The notes: generated from the letters alone by a model not told the origin. A stretch of 64,000 nt of DNA from Flavobacteriales bacterium (GCA_046329105.1 JAXLVH010000001.1:513286-577285), one strand, 5' to 3'. Counted from the stretch's first letter, positions 18,401 through 28,894 are shown. Numbers and translations are program-made.

Positions 18401-21364
18401 CTATTGAGGGGAACGTCCTGTCCACACCCGGAAGATCGTTCGCGTACCCATCGGTTCCACGGGTTCGGTGCGCACTTCACCAGAGAGTTTCTCCAGTCGG
18501 TGCCGCATGTTCGCCTGTCCATGACCATTGCGGGTCGGATGCCCCGATACCAGCGGCCGACCATCGTCCTCGATGGTGATGCTGAACCGATCCTCGGAGA
18601 CCACAGCCTCGAATCGCAGGGTGCGCACATCGGTATGTTTGATGATGTTGGCGAGCGATTCCTTCACCAGGAGAAAGAGCTCCCGACGGAGCATGGATGG
18701 ATACGGGCGATCGGACCCATTGATCGGGATCGTACGGAAGGCGAGGTGATGGGCTCCGGCGATCTCCTCGGTGTGACGCTGGATGAAGCGCAACGTAGGG
18801 AGCAAGCGGTCGTCCTCAGGGGCCAGGCTCCAGATCACCTCGTCGATCTTGCGCACCATGCCGTCAGCATACCGCTCCACGGCCATCAAGTTGTCCCGGT
18901 CCTGCGGGTCCAGGGTGCCGCTCCCAGCGCTCTCGCGCGCAAGGAGCAACAGGTGACTGATGTCCGCTCCCAAGTCATCGTGCATGTCCGCCGCGATCCG
19001 GCGTCGCTCTTCCTGCTGTGCTTTCTCGCGCTCCATGCGCAGCATGTGCGCACGCAGGCGGCGGCGGGCGAGGTACCGCACCAGCACCATGCCCATGCAC
19101 AACAGGGTGACCCCTGCGAGACCACGGAACCACCATGTTAGGTACCACGGGCTCAGCACCTCAACATCCAGTGTGACGATCGGACTCCATCCGGTATCGG
19201 GCAAGCGGGACCGCACCAGTAGTCGGTGTGCGCCCGGCTCCGACAAGGTGATACTGAACACGCCAGAGGCACTCGACATCCAGGATGTATCCGCATCATC
19301 CCGAAAAGCGTACTCCACAGCATCGGGCATGCTGAATGCGAATCCGTGCGCCACTACCTGAAGGCGGGTACCCAGGTCGAAACGCATCGGCTTGTCGAGG
19401 GAGATCATTCGATCGGCCACCATGACGCGCAGGATCCGTGTGATCGGCGGGCGCAACCCGTGGCCGGTGTGCCGGAGCGGTATCGCGAACAACCCCTCGG
19501 AAGTGGCCAACCAGAGCGAGGCAGTATCCATGTCCACATCCTGTACATCATCGGAAGGCAGTCCCTCGAAAAGAGTGAACAGTAACGTTTCCGCCGCTCC
19601 CAACGGATCATGGATCATCGCCGCTCCATGATCAGTGGCCACGAGCAGTGTTCCTTGTTCGTACCGCACTCGGCGTACCTCGTCGCTCGGCAGGCCTTCC
19701 TTGGTGGTGAATCGCCTGATCACCTGTCCGTTGCGCACGAGTTTCACCCCTCCACCGGCCGATCCGATGGCCAGTGTGTGCTCCTCCATGCCGGTGATGC
19801 TTGTGATGCGCAGGCCGAACTCCGCATCCAATGCAGGAAACTCCTTCACCAGGCCATTCGAACTACTCAGCAATCGGTTGCCCGAATCGAACCACACTGT
19901 ACCGGCGCTGTCGATGAATGGTGCGTAGATGCGAGTGCTGCCCTTCCATAACGACTTGTCAAAGCGTGTCTCCGATCCGGCCGGTCCCTGTTGCACCGTG
20001 CCCAAGCCGAAAAAGCTGGAGACCACATGGCCATCCACACCGATCGCGAATGCCTTCATACCCAGGACCACGAGGTCCGAACGGGTCGAATCCTGGATGC
20101 GCATCGGGATAGTGTGATCCCGGCCATGATCGTATGTACCGAACCAACTGTCCGTGGTGATCCAGAGTCTTCCATCCGGTCCTTCCTCCAGTTGCCGCAC
20201 ACGATCCCGCCCCGTGGCGCGTGTGCCCGGGCTGGTGAGCGGCTCCACCTGTCCGTGTGCGATCCGGAATATCCTACCGTAGGAGGTGCCGAAGACCACG
20301 CCGTAGCTCGGTGTTACGCGCAGTGAGTGGACCGATCGTTCCCGAACATCATCGCTGACCATGAATTGCTGTATTCCAAGTTGAGCGTATCGACTGATAA
20401 AGACCCCATTTCCGTCGGTACACCACCAGATGTTGCCCTCTTGGTCCTGTTGGATCGTGTTGATGTGGCTCCGTATGAAGAACCGTTGGATCGTTGGCGC
20501 TCCGCCTGCATGCTCCATCACACGGACCACACCGCCATCCTCCCGGCCGGACCAGATGCTCCCATCGCGATCAACGAACGGCAGCCGCGCTCCGGAAGGT
20601 GGCATCGTACGATCCAAGGGTGTGATGAGCCGGTCTTTCGCAAGCCCCACTTCCAACAGTCCTAAGCGTCCAAAGGCCAGCACCCGATCGTTCCTGACCG
20701 CAGCCATGGGATATTCGGCGCCTCCTTGATCCCACCTGCGGAGGAAACGCGCCGTATCGCTCTCAATGAGGAAGAGCGCCGCGTTCCGCATGGCATACAG
20801 CGTGCCGTTTGAGAGTCGCAGGAGCTTCACCATCCCATGCGTTCCTGTGGTTCCGGGCACCTTGAGGTCCAAGCGCGTCACCCTGCCGTTGGACCAGTGG
20901 AAGAGTTCCGAGTCGAACCCGCCTACCCATACGCCACCCTGACCGTCATCGGCCGCGGAGACCAGGCCGTGACGGCCCTGAATGCGGTCCGTTCCCAACC
21001 GTTCGTTCACGAAGGCTCCATCGCTGAATACACTGACACGACCATTCAGGCCAAGGAACCAGATACGGCCCTTCTGGTCCACATGCATACCGATCACCTC
21101 ATTGTCCGCCAGACCCTGGCTGGCCGTGAACCGCTCGAACCGCAGGCCATCAAAGCGGCAGGCGCCAGCATCCGTCCCGAACCACATGTACCCTTCGTTG
21201 TCCTGAACGGCGCAATACACCGTGTTGCTGCTCAGTCCATCTGCCACCGTGTACATCTTGTGCGGCGGATCCTGGGCCGCAGTAGTGAACACAGTGACCA
21301 GCAGGAAAAAATGGAACGACACACGCCCAATACGGTCAACTACTTCAGCCGCCACAAGCTTCAT
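18401..21364 (-). CDS. sensor histidine kinase with a periplasmic two-component-regulator propeller/Y_Y_Y domain, one TM helix, and HisKA_3 plus HATPase_c
   Basis: ~987 aa with beta-propeller repeats, a TM helix (WYLTWWFRGLAGVTLLCMGMVLV), the H-box MHDDLGADISHLLLLAR and an ATPase C-terminus. Exact start uncertain. Confidence 0.75.
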   Translation of the reverse strand: MKLVAAEVVDRIGRVSFHFFLLVTVFTTAAQDPPHKMYTVADGLSSNTVYCAVQDNEGYMWFGTDAGACRFDGLRFERFTASQGLADNEVIGMHVDQKGRIWFLGLNGRVSVFSDGAFVNERLGTDRIQGRHGLVSAADDGQGGVWVGGFDSELFHWSNGRVTRLDLKVPGTTGTHGMVKLLRLSNGTLYAMRNAALFLIESDTARFLRRWDQGGAEYPMAAVRNDRVLAFGRLGLLEVGLAKDRLITPLDRTMPPSGARLPFVDRDGSIWSGREDGGVVRVMEHAGGAPTIQRFFIRSHINTIQQDQEGNIWWCTDGNGVFISRYAQLGIQQFMVSDDVRERSVHSLRVTPSYGVVFGTSYGRIFRIAHGQVEPLTSPGTRATGRDRVRQLEEGPDGRLWITTDSWFGTYDHGRDHTIPMRIQDSTRSDLVVLGMKAFAIGVDGHVVSSFFGLGTVQQGPAGSETRFDKSLWKGSTRIYAPFIDSAGTVWFDSGNRLLSSSNGLVKEFPALDAEFGLRITSITGMEEHTLAIGSAGGGVKLVRNGQVIRRFTTKEGLPSDEVRRVRYEQGTLLVATDHGAAMIHDPLGAAETLLFTLFEGLPSDDVQDVDMDTASLWLATSEGLFAIPLRHTGHGLRPPITRILRVMVADRMISLDKPMRFDLGTRLQVVAHGFAFSMPDAVEYAFRDDADTSWMSSASGVFSITLSEPGAHRLLVRSRLPDTGWSPIVTLDVEVLSPWYLTWWFRGLAGVTLLCMGMVLVRYLARRRLRAHMLRMEREKAQQEERRRIAADMHDDLGADISHLLLLARESAGSGTLDPQDRDNLMAVERYADGMVRKIDEVIWSLAPEDDRLLPTLRFIQRHTEEIAGAHHLAFRTIPINGSDRPYPSMLRRELFLLVKESLANIIKHTDVRTLRFEAVVSEDRFSITIEDDGRPLVSGHPTRNGHGQANMRHRLEKLSGEVRTEPVEPMGTRTIFRVWTGRSPQ

Positions 21365-21615
21365 TGTGCGCGAAGTTCCAACGGAACATCATTGCCCGGA
21401 TCCATCAATTGTGATGGGCAGGTCAACTGCGATGTTCCACATCCGGATCGGTGCGGCATGTTCGACCACATCTTCCGATGAAACCTGACAACTTGTGCCG
21501 TGGTGCCAATAGCTTGCTATCGGACATGATGGACCCGGTCTTCGATCCTGCTAAATCGAACACCAAAATAGGGATCGCCACTTCCCCGCCTTGAACGGCC
21601 ACCCCCGAAGCGCCT

Positions 21616-22365
21616 TCAAATGGTCGGTCCGCCGTCCAAGAACCGCAACGGATCCGCACTGGGGCGCGGTTCCACGGGTGCCGCAGTTGTCGGCTCCTCA
21701 TCCCCTGGATCGTTGTTCGTGACCACCTGCAGTTCGGGTTCCTCTGGGTCGTCCTCCAGCACGATGGGCGGTGGCACATGCGCTGGTGGCACCTTGCGAT
21801 AGATCCATGCCATCAGCAAGCCACCGATAGCACCGGAAAGATGACTTTCCCAGCTGATACGTGGCTCCAGAGGCAACACGCCCCACACCATACTGCCGTA
21901 CAGGAAGACGATCAGCAACGATACGGCCATCAGGGGCACCAGTTTCCGGAGAACACCACTGAGAAAGAGGAAGGCCGCCAAGCCATAGATGACCCCGCTG
22001 GCCCCGATGTGGTAGTTCTCGCGTGCGGTGAGCCAGACCCAGAGCCCGCTGAAGCCCCAGCATGCCAGGGTCACCGGACCCGCCACCTTCGGATAGAAAT
22101 AGACCAGCAGCCAGCCCAGCACCAGGATGGGAGCACTATTGTTCACCAAATGTTCAAGGCCAGCATGTACGAACGGCGAGACGACGATGCCGAGCAGCCC
22201 CTTCGCCTCGCGCGGGTATACGCCGAAGCGGTAGAGGTCGAGGTTGTACACCCGATCGAACGCGAAGACGATCCAGAGCACGGACACCACCAGCACCGGA
22301 GGAATGAGCGCGGTGACCAAGCGGCGACGGCCGTGTTCGTCCGTGTTGGGAATGGGCATGTGCAT
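21616..22365 (-). CDS. rhomboid family intramembrane serine protease
   Basis: GASGVIYGLAAFLF is a GxSG motif in a TM helix, and a histidine lies in a later TM helix. The start is taken at MHMPIPNTDE. Confidence 0.7.
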   Translation of the reverse strand: MHMPIPNTDEHGRRRLVTALIPPVLVVSVLWIVFAFDRVYNLDLYRFGVYPREAKGLLGIVVSPFVHAGLEHLVNNSAPILVLGWLLVYFYPKVAGPVTLACWGFSGLWVWLTARENYHIGASGVIYGLAAFLFLSGVLRKLVPLMAVSLLIVFLYGSMVWGVLPLEPRISWESHLSGAIGGLLMAWIYRKVPPAHVPPPIVLEDDPEEPELQVVTNNDPGDEEPTTAAPVEPRPSADPLRFLDGGPTI

Positions 22366-22472
22366 TTGCGCGGGCGATCTTCGGGCCGGAACGTACGGGC
22401 GGACAACTTGGCAGATCGCCCGGTGAAGGTCAACTAAGTTTGCGACGGTCACCACGAATCCCGCTTATTCCC

Positions 22473-22934
22473 ATGAGAACCTGCGCGATCCTTTCTTCCG
22501 TCCTCGCGTGCGTAGCGCTGTTCGTAGCCTGTGGCGGCGGTTCCGATCCCGAACCCGAACCCGCAGAACAGAATTCGCGGTCGATCGCCGACCTGCCCGA
22601 ACACAAGACGAGCCCATTGGCCCAGTTGATGCGCGAGATGACGGCTTTCGGTGACACTACCCGCGCGCGACTCCTGCGCGGCGAGGACCTGCCCCCCTAC
22701 CCGGTCCACTTCAAGGACATGCTCACTTTGGAGAGCACACCCGGCATGGTGGATCATACCACCTACGATCCCTTCGCCATCGCCTACCTCTATCAACTCG
22801 ATTCCCTGTACAAGGTGCCCGTTGCCGAACGCCAGCAAGGCTTTGATGAGCTGATCCAGTACTGTGCGGCCTGCCACGGTGAGGTGTGCCCAGGACCTTT
22901 GGTGCGCATCAACAAGCTGCGCATGCCCGGATGA
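22473..22934 (+). CDS. small lipoprotein with a C-terminal CxxCH motif, possibly binding heme c
   Basis: MRTCAILSSVLACVALFVACGG is a lipobox. The motif is ...QYCAACHGEVCPG. No other cytochrome features. Confidence 0.4.
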   Translation: MRTCAILSSVLACVALFVACGGGSDPEPEPAEQNSRSIADLPEHKTSPLAQLMREMTAFGDTTRARLLRGEDLPPYPVHFKDMLTLESTPGMVDHTTYDPFAIAYLYQLDSLYKVPVAERQQGFDELIQYCAACHGEVCPGPLVRINKLRMPG

Positions 22935-23171
22935 TGGCGTAGATCATTTTCCGCCATCCCATGGAATGCACCCGCCCAAGTGGTGACGCTACTATGTGGG
23001 CGTACTGACCGAAAGGCTTTGCTGGATCGGGTCCTGGCCTGAATTGTCCGATCACTACAATGGCCCCTTGGCTGGATGTTGGAAGAGCCACCCCGGATGA
23101 GTTGCTCATCGGCTCTGGCATCGAAGATGCGCCTTCCCGCGTCATAAAACCTGAAACCCTACATTGCCAGC

Positions 23172-26100
23172 ATGGTGCGAACGTTCATAGTCCTGGTGGC
23201 CACCTGCACATTGCTTCATGCTTCAGCCCAACAAGGCCGTGGTCCGCGCTTCCCCTTCACCGCGAACAAGGGCCAATGGCCAGAGCAGGTGCTCTACCGG
23301 ACGCTGACCGGGCAGGGGGCGCTGTTCGTGGAGCGTGATGCGCTGACCTACGTGGTGCGCAGTGGCGGACATGCGCATGGCCACCGACCGGACCATGTGA
23401 ACAACGAACGGCACGATCACGCATACCGCGTACATTTCGTGGGCGGTCGCGCCACCTCGCACCAGGGATCGGACCAGCAGGCCTGGTACGAGAACTGGTT
23501 CGTGGGCCCCGAAAGCAGCTGGGCCGGACGTGTGCCTGTGCATGCCGGAGCCCGACTCACCAACTTGTATCCGGGTATCGATCTGGTCCTTCATGGGGAC
23601 GATCGTTTGGAGTACGACCTCCACGTGGCGCCCGGTGCCGATGTGGATGCCGTGGCCCTGCGCTACGAAGGACATGACAGCATTGAATTGCGCAACGGTC
23701 GGCTCGTGATCACCACCTCGGCCGGCCAGGTGACCGAGGAAGCGCCTGTGGCCTGGCAGGACATTGATGGCAAGCGACGTGACGTGCCGTGCCACTTCAT
23801 CCTGACGGACGGCACCGTGCGCTTCGAGTTGCCCCAGGGGTACGACCGCCGCCACCCCTTGACGATCGATCCGGTCCTCACGTTCTCCAGCTTCTCGGGC
23901 AGCACGGCGGACAACTTCGGCTTCACGGCCACTTACGACAATGCCGGCCACCTGTACGGAGGAGGCATCGTGTTCGGTGTGGGCTATCCCACCACCTTGG
24001 GCGTGCAGCAGCCGAACTTCGGTGGGAACACCATCGACATGGGGATCACCAAATTCAGCCCTGACGGTACCCAGCTGATCTGGAGCACTTACCTCGGCGG
24101 CCTCTTGGGCAACGAGAGCCCACACAGCCTGGTGGTGAACAGTGCGGACGAGTTGTACGTGATGGGCATCACCGGTTCCGCCGACTTCCCCGTTACGTCG
24201 GGCTGTTTCGACAACAGCTTCGGTGCCGGCCCGGGCATCGTGTTCACCGTGGGCGAAGGATACAACCACGATAATGGCACCGATATCTGCGTAGCACACT
24301 TCAGCGCTGATGCCACCCAGCTTCTGGGCTGCACCTATGTCGGAGGATCACAGGCCGATGGGCTGAACAATTCGACCGTGACCGCCTGGAACTATGGCGA
24401 CCCGTTCCGGGGCGAGATCGTACTGGACAGCCAGGAGCGGCCCGTGGTGGCCAGTTGCACCATGAGCAGCGACATCCCCACCACGCCCGGCGCGGCCTTC
24501 CCCGCCTACCTCGGCGGCGAGCAGGACGGTTATGTCTTCTCGCTGGATCCGCTGCTCACCACCCAGCTCTGGGCCACCTATTACGGAGGCGCCGGTACCG
24601 ACGCGTGTTACAGCGTGCAACTGGCCGACAACGACGACGTGCTGGTGACCGGCGGCACGAACAGCCCCAACATGCCCCTCACCGGACAGGGCTACCTCGG
24701 GTCGCCACAAGGCGGGGTCGATGGTTTCGCGGCCCGCTTCAACCCCGGCGGCACCCTGCTCATCGGGGCCACCTATCTGGGCACAGCCGCGTACGACCAG
24801 GGCTATTTCGTGCAGCTCGACCAGGACCAGAACGTCTTCGTGGTGGGCCAGACCCACGGCGCCTATCCCGTGACACCGGGCAAATACACCAACCCGAACA
24901 GTTCGCAGTTCATCCACAAGCTGAGCGGCGACCTCTCCACATCGCTCTGGAGCACCGTGATCGGCAGCGGCCAGGGCAACGAGGACATCAGTCCTGCGGC
25001 CTTCCTGGTGAGCAACTGCAGCCAGATCTTCTTCAGTGGCTGGGGCGGATCGGTGAACACCTTCCAACAGGCCGTGTCAAGCTCCACCTTCGGCCTGCCC
25101 ATCACGCCCGACGCCTTCCAGAACACCACCGATGGCAGCGATTTCTACCTCCTGGTGCTGGAACCCGAGGCCACCGACATCCACTACGGTACATTTTTTG
25201 GCGGGTCGACCAGCCTCGAGCATGTGGATGGCGGCACATCCCGCTTCAGCAAGACCGGCGTGGTATACCAGGCCGTATGTGCGGGGTGCGGTGGCAACAG
25301 CGACATGCCTACCTCCTCGGGTGCCTGGAGCAACACCAACAACAGCGCCAACTGCAACCTGGGCGTGTTCAAGATCGACTTCGAAGTGGCCGTGAGCGCG
25401 AGCTTCTTCGCCACGCCCCCGTACGGGTGCACGGGCGATACGCTCCAGTTCATCAGCACCGGGTCGGCCACGCAATGGGCCTGGGACTTCGGCGATGGCA
25501 CCACCACCAATGGGGAGGCGAACCCCGCACACGCCTATGCAACGGCAGGTACCTGGCCCGTGACACTGATCGCGACCGACACCAATGCCTGCAACCTCTC
25601 CGATACGCTCGTGCTCATGGTCCAGGTCCAGTCGCCTGCGAACCCCTCCCCCGCCTTCACCACGGAGCAGGAACCCTGCGGCGGGCTCACGGTCTCGTTC
25701 AACAATGCCACACCGGGCGTGGGCCAGCAAATGCTCTGGGACATGGGCGATGGGAACACCTATACGAGCGAGGACGCCACACATACATACGCGACCTTCG
25801 GAAGTTACACGGTGACGCTCACCGTTACCGATACCCTGTGCGGAGGATCCGCATCCACGACGCAGGAGGTCGTACTCACCGCAACGCCGGAGGTGGAAGC
25901 CCTGTTCTCGGTCTCTTCCACTGACATCTGTTCGGGGCTGAGTGTGGCCACCACCAACGAGAGTTCAGGGCCGGCCGGTCTCACTTACAGCTGGGACATG
26001 GGCGATGGCACCGTGCTCTCCGGCCCGGACGCCACCCACCTCTACGCTGGCCAGGGCAGCTATACCATCACGCTGACGGCCGTGGATACCGTATGCCTCG

Positions 26101-26441
26101 GTAGCGACACGTACACCTTCGAGGTGACGGTGACCCCGGGCGCACCACCCGCCGAACTCTTCGTCGTGCCCAACGTGTTCAGTCCCAACGGCGATGGGAA
26201 GAACGAGACCTTCTTTCCCCTTCCTGAAGTGAGCGGGTCCGTGGTGTCCTTGAAAGTCTTCAACCGGTGGGGCCAGAAACTGTACGAAACAGGGAACACG
26301 TTCAGACCGTGGAACGGCAAAGCGGACCTCACCGATCCCGTGCCGGCAGGTGTGTACTACTACGTGCTGGACTATCGCGTACCCTGTTCGGGCCAGGTGC
26401 TCGAGGGCGAGCGGAAGGGTCTGGTCCAATTGCTGCGGTGA
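23172..26441 (+). CDS. giant secreted protein with SBBP beta-propeller repeats, PKD domains and a T9SS type-B (gliding-motility-associated, CHU_C) C-terminal domain
   Basis: Signal MVRTFIVLVATCTLLHASAQ. SBBP-like repeats (IWSTYLGG...ADFPVTSG), several PKD units (WAWDFGDGTTT...AHAYATAGTWPVTLIATD). C-terminus VVPNVFSPNGDGKNETFFP...VYYYVLDY... Confidence 0.75.
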   Translation: MVRTFIVLVATCTLLHASAQQGRGPRFPFTANKGQWPEQVLYRTLTGQGALFVERDALTYVVRSGGHAHGHRPDHVNNERHDHAYRVHFVGGRATSHQGSDQQAWYENWFVGPESSWAGRVPVHAGARLTNLYPGIDLVLHGDDRLEYDLHVAPGADVDAVALRYEGHDSIELRNGRLVITTSAGQVTEEAPVAWQDIDGKRRDVPCHFILTDGTVRFELPQGYDRRHPLTIDPVLTFSSFSGSTADNFGFTATYDNAGHLYGGGIVFGVGYPTTLGVQQPNFGGNTIDMGITKFSPDGTQLIWSTYLGGLLGNESPHSLVVNSADELYVMGITGSADFPVTSGCFDNSFGAGPGIVFTVGEGYNHDNGTDICVAHFSADATQLLGCTYVGGSQADGLNNSTVTAWNYGDPFRGEIVLDSQERPVVASCTMSSDIPTTPGAAFPAYLGGEQDGYVFSLDPLLTTQLWATYYGGAGTDACYSVQLADNDDVLVTGGTNSPNMPLTGQGYLGSPQGGVDGFAARFNPGGTLLIGATYLGTAAYDQGYFVQLDQDQNVFVVGQTHGAYPVTPGKYTNPNSSQFIHKLSGDLSTSLWSTVIGSGQGNEDISPAAFLVSNCSQIFFSGWGGSVNTFQQAVSSSTFGLPITPDAFQNTTDGSDFYLLVLEPEATDIHYGTFFGGSTSLEHVDGGTSRFSKTGVVYQAVCAGCGGNSDMPTSSGAWSNTNNSANCNLGVFKIDFEVAVSASFFATPPYGCTGDTLQFISTGSATQWAWDFGDGTTTNGEANPAHAYATAGTWPVTLIATDTNACNLSDTLVLMVQVQSPANPSPAFTTEQEPCGGLTVSFNNATPGVGQQMLWDMGDGNTYTSEDATHTYATFGSYTVTLTVTDTLCGGSASTTQEVVLTATPEVEALFSVSSTDICSGLSVATTNESSGPAGLTYSWDMGDGTVLSGPDATHLYAGQGSYTITLTAVDTVCLGSDTYTFEVTVTPGAPPAELFVVPNVFSPNGDGKNETFFPLPEVSGSVVSLKVFNRWGQKLYETGNTFRPWNGKADLTDPVPAGVYYYVLDYRVPCSGQVLEGERKGLVQLLR

Positions 26442-26449
26442 GTACGTGC

Positions 26450-27214
26450 ATGCGATCGCCATCCGGGTGCTCTTCCATCGTGCTCCTGCTGCTCTGGTCC
26501 CTCTGCGGGCAGGTGGTCGCACAAGCGGATACGTCCGTGCGCGTGGATACCACCACGTGGATGGACAGCACGCGCCATCGCCTGATCCCCATCGCGCTCT
26601 ATCACCTGCCCACCGACACCGTACACGTCGGTCCACTGGCCATCATCAGCCACGGCTGGAACAGGAACCTGCCCGACACCTATCTGAAATACAGCTATCT
26701 CGCCGAGCGGCTCGCGGCGCATGGATACCTCGTGGTAAGTATCCAACACGAATTGCCTGGCGATGAACCGTTGGCCATGGGGGGTGATCTGTTCGCCTTG
26801 CGCGCGCCGAACCGGGAACGGGGAGCCGCGACCATCGCCTTCGTGATCGATGCGGTGAAGCACCGCTGGCCCACGGTGGGCCAGGATCGGACCATCCTGA
26901 TCGGCCATTCCAACGGTGGGGACATGAGCGTGTTGTTCGCGGAGCGGCACCCTGAAGCGATAACCGAATTGATCACCTTGGACAATCGTCGGGTGCCACT
27001 GCCCCGGATGAGCCGACCGCGGATCCTCTCCCTGCGCTCCAGCGACGCCCCACCCGATCCCGGCGTGCTGCCCACGGTCAGCGAACAAGCCCGGTACGGG
27101 ATCGTGGTGGTTCCATTAGCGAACGTGAAACACCATGAGATGAGCGACCGGGCCGACCCCGCCCAACGTGAGCTGCTCCTCCAGACGATCCTGCGTTGGC
27201 TGGATGGACGATGA
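26450..27214 (+). CDS. secreted alpha/beta hydrolase (esterase/lipase-like)
   Basis: MRSPSGCSSIVLLLLWSLCGQVVAQA is a signal peptide, and GHSNGG is a nucleophile-elbow motif. The track ORF starts earlier in the same frame. Confidence 0.6.
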   Translation: MRSPSGCSSIVLLLLWSLCGQVVAQADTSVRVDTTTWMDSTRHRLIPIALYHLPTDTVHVGPLAIISHGWNRNLPDTYLKYSYLAERLAAHGYLVVSIQHELPGDEPLAMGGDLFALRAPNRERGAATIAFVIDAVKHRWPTVGQDRTILIGHSNGGDMSVLFAERHPEAITELITLDNRRVPLPRMSRPRILSLRSSDAPPDPGVLPTVSEQARYGIVVVPLANVKHHEMSDRADPAQRELLLQTILRWLDGR

Positions 27215-27484
27215 TCCATTCACCGCATGTACCGGCACAACCATTCCGCCCGCTACTACTGGATCAACGGAGAAGCACCCGTCTTCTCCGTGGGCGGAGC
27301 GCGCAAGCGTGCGAAGGTCAAAACCGGAGCCCTCGCACCTTTGCACACGTGAACCTGAAGGACGGCCACCGACCGCAGAGATCGGCTTACAACCCATTTC
27401 CATCCTCCGATATCCAGCATTCGTCGATCCGTCGGATCGTCCGAATGGGTTCTAACGTATCGTTGATGCGTAAACCGATGCACC

Positions 27485-28276
27485 ATGGTACAGGAAAAAC
27501 AACCCGTGACAACGACCAGTGCGAGGGTGCTGGTGGTGGAGGATGAATCCATCATCCGCATGGACATCGAGAATGCCCTGAAGCGGGCCGGACACGCCGT
27601 GGTGGCCTCATGCGCCAGTGGGGAGGAGGCCATCGAGCTTTGTGCCGAACACAAGCCCGAAGTGGTACTGATGGACATCGCCCTGAACGGTCCACTCTCC
27701 GGTATCGACGCGGCGCACGTGATCCATGAGACCGCAGGAAGCGCGGTGATCTTCCTGACGGCCAACTCCGACGTGGCCACGGTGAACCGCGCACGCACTG
27801 CGATGCCGTACGGTTACGTGATCAAACCGTTCCGGCCGGTGGATCTGAGCGTGGCCATCGAGATGGCGGTTCATAACCATGTGCAGGACAAGCGGGTCAG
27901 GAGGGAGCGGGACGACCTGAAGATGCGCCTGATGGGCGAAGGCGATCAGAGCGCCTTGTTCATCACCGTGAAGGGCCGCCAGCAACGTATTCTTTGCCGC
28001 GATATCCGGTTCATCCAAGCGCTGAAGGACTACGTGGGCATCCAGGTGCAAGGCAGGCGCCACGTGGTGTACAGCACCATGGCCAGCATGGAACAACGCC
28101 TGCCCAAGGACAAGTTCCTGCGCGTGCATCGCTCATACATCGTTCACGTGGACGCGATCAAGGCCATCGAGGACCACCAGATCGTGATGGAGGACGGCGA
28201 GGAGAAGATCCCGATCGGAGGGCTCTACCTGACCACGGTACGCGAGAAGCTCGGTCTCGACGGCTCGCTCACGTGA
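27485..28276 (+). CDS. LytTR-family response regulator
   Basis: REC domain (VLVVEDESIIRMDIENAL...VLMDIALNG) plus a C-terminal LytTR DNA-binding domain (FITVKGRQQRILCRDIRFIQALKDYVGIQVQGRRHVVYSTMASMEQRL). Confidence 0.8.
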   Translation: MVQEKQPVTTTSARVLVVEDESIIRMDIENALKRAGHAVVASCASGEEAIELCAEHKPEVVLMDIALNGPLSGIDAAHVIHETAGSAVIFLTANSDVATVNRARTAMPYGYVIKPFRPVDLSVAIEMAVHNHVQDKRVRRERDDLKMRLMGEGDQSALFITVKGRQQRILCRDIRFIQALKDYVGIQVQGRRHVVYSTMASMEQRLPKDKFLRVHRSYIVHVDAIKAIEDHQIVMEDGEEKIPIGGLYLTTVREKLGLDGSLT

Positions 28277-28283
28277 CCCCGGA

Positions 28284-28682
28284 TCAGCTGAACTTCAAGC
28301 GATCGAGGCTGAAGCGCCCGCTCCCGGCGAGCAGGATGGCCAAGAAGGCCACCAGGTAGAACACGGGGAGCTCCTGCTGGCCGAAGGGCCCGTCGCCATT
28401 CGACATGAACGCGGCCACGGCCATACCGATGATGAGCGGCAGGGTGGAGACCCGGGTCCACAAGCCGAGCGCCACCAACAGGGCACAGGCCGTTTCGGCG
28501 AAGGTGATGAGCCCCAACGAGACGGTTGATCCCAATCCGATGGGATCACCGAAATGGTCCATCCGCTCGCTGAAGCCCGTGAGCTTGGGCCAGCCATGCT
28601 GCCACAGCATGGTGATGCCCGCGTAAAGGCGCAGTACAAGCAGGCCCAGATCGGCGGCAAGGGGTTCTGAATTGAGCAGCAT
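28284..28682 (-). CDS. DoxX family membrane protein
   Basis: MLLNSEPLAADLGLLVLRLYAGITMLWQHGWPKL is typical of DoxX. ~133 aa from the internal ATG. Confidence 0.65.
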   Translation of the reverse strand: MLLNSEPLAADLGLLVLRLYAGITMLWQHGWPKLTGFSERMDHFGDPIGLGSTVSLGLITFAETACALLVALGLWTRVSTLPLIIGMAVAAFMSNGDGPFGQQELPVFYLVAFLAILLAGSGRFSLDRLKFS

Positions 28683-28894
28683 GGGCGCGAAATTGAAGAC
28701 CGGCCATCCCATCTCCATCCTGTACGGCATGAAGCTCTCCACCATGCATTGGTTGAAACCCGTGGACCGGAAGGGGCATATCTTGCCCGATGTGCAGGCG
28801 CGATCGTTCACATCACGGCCGACCGGCCTTTGCACCGTGCACCAACAGGACTACATTGGCACCATGGAACAACCTGACGGACCGTTCGTTCGTC

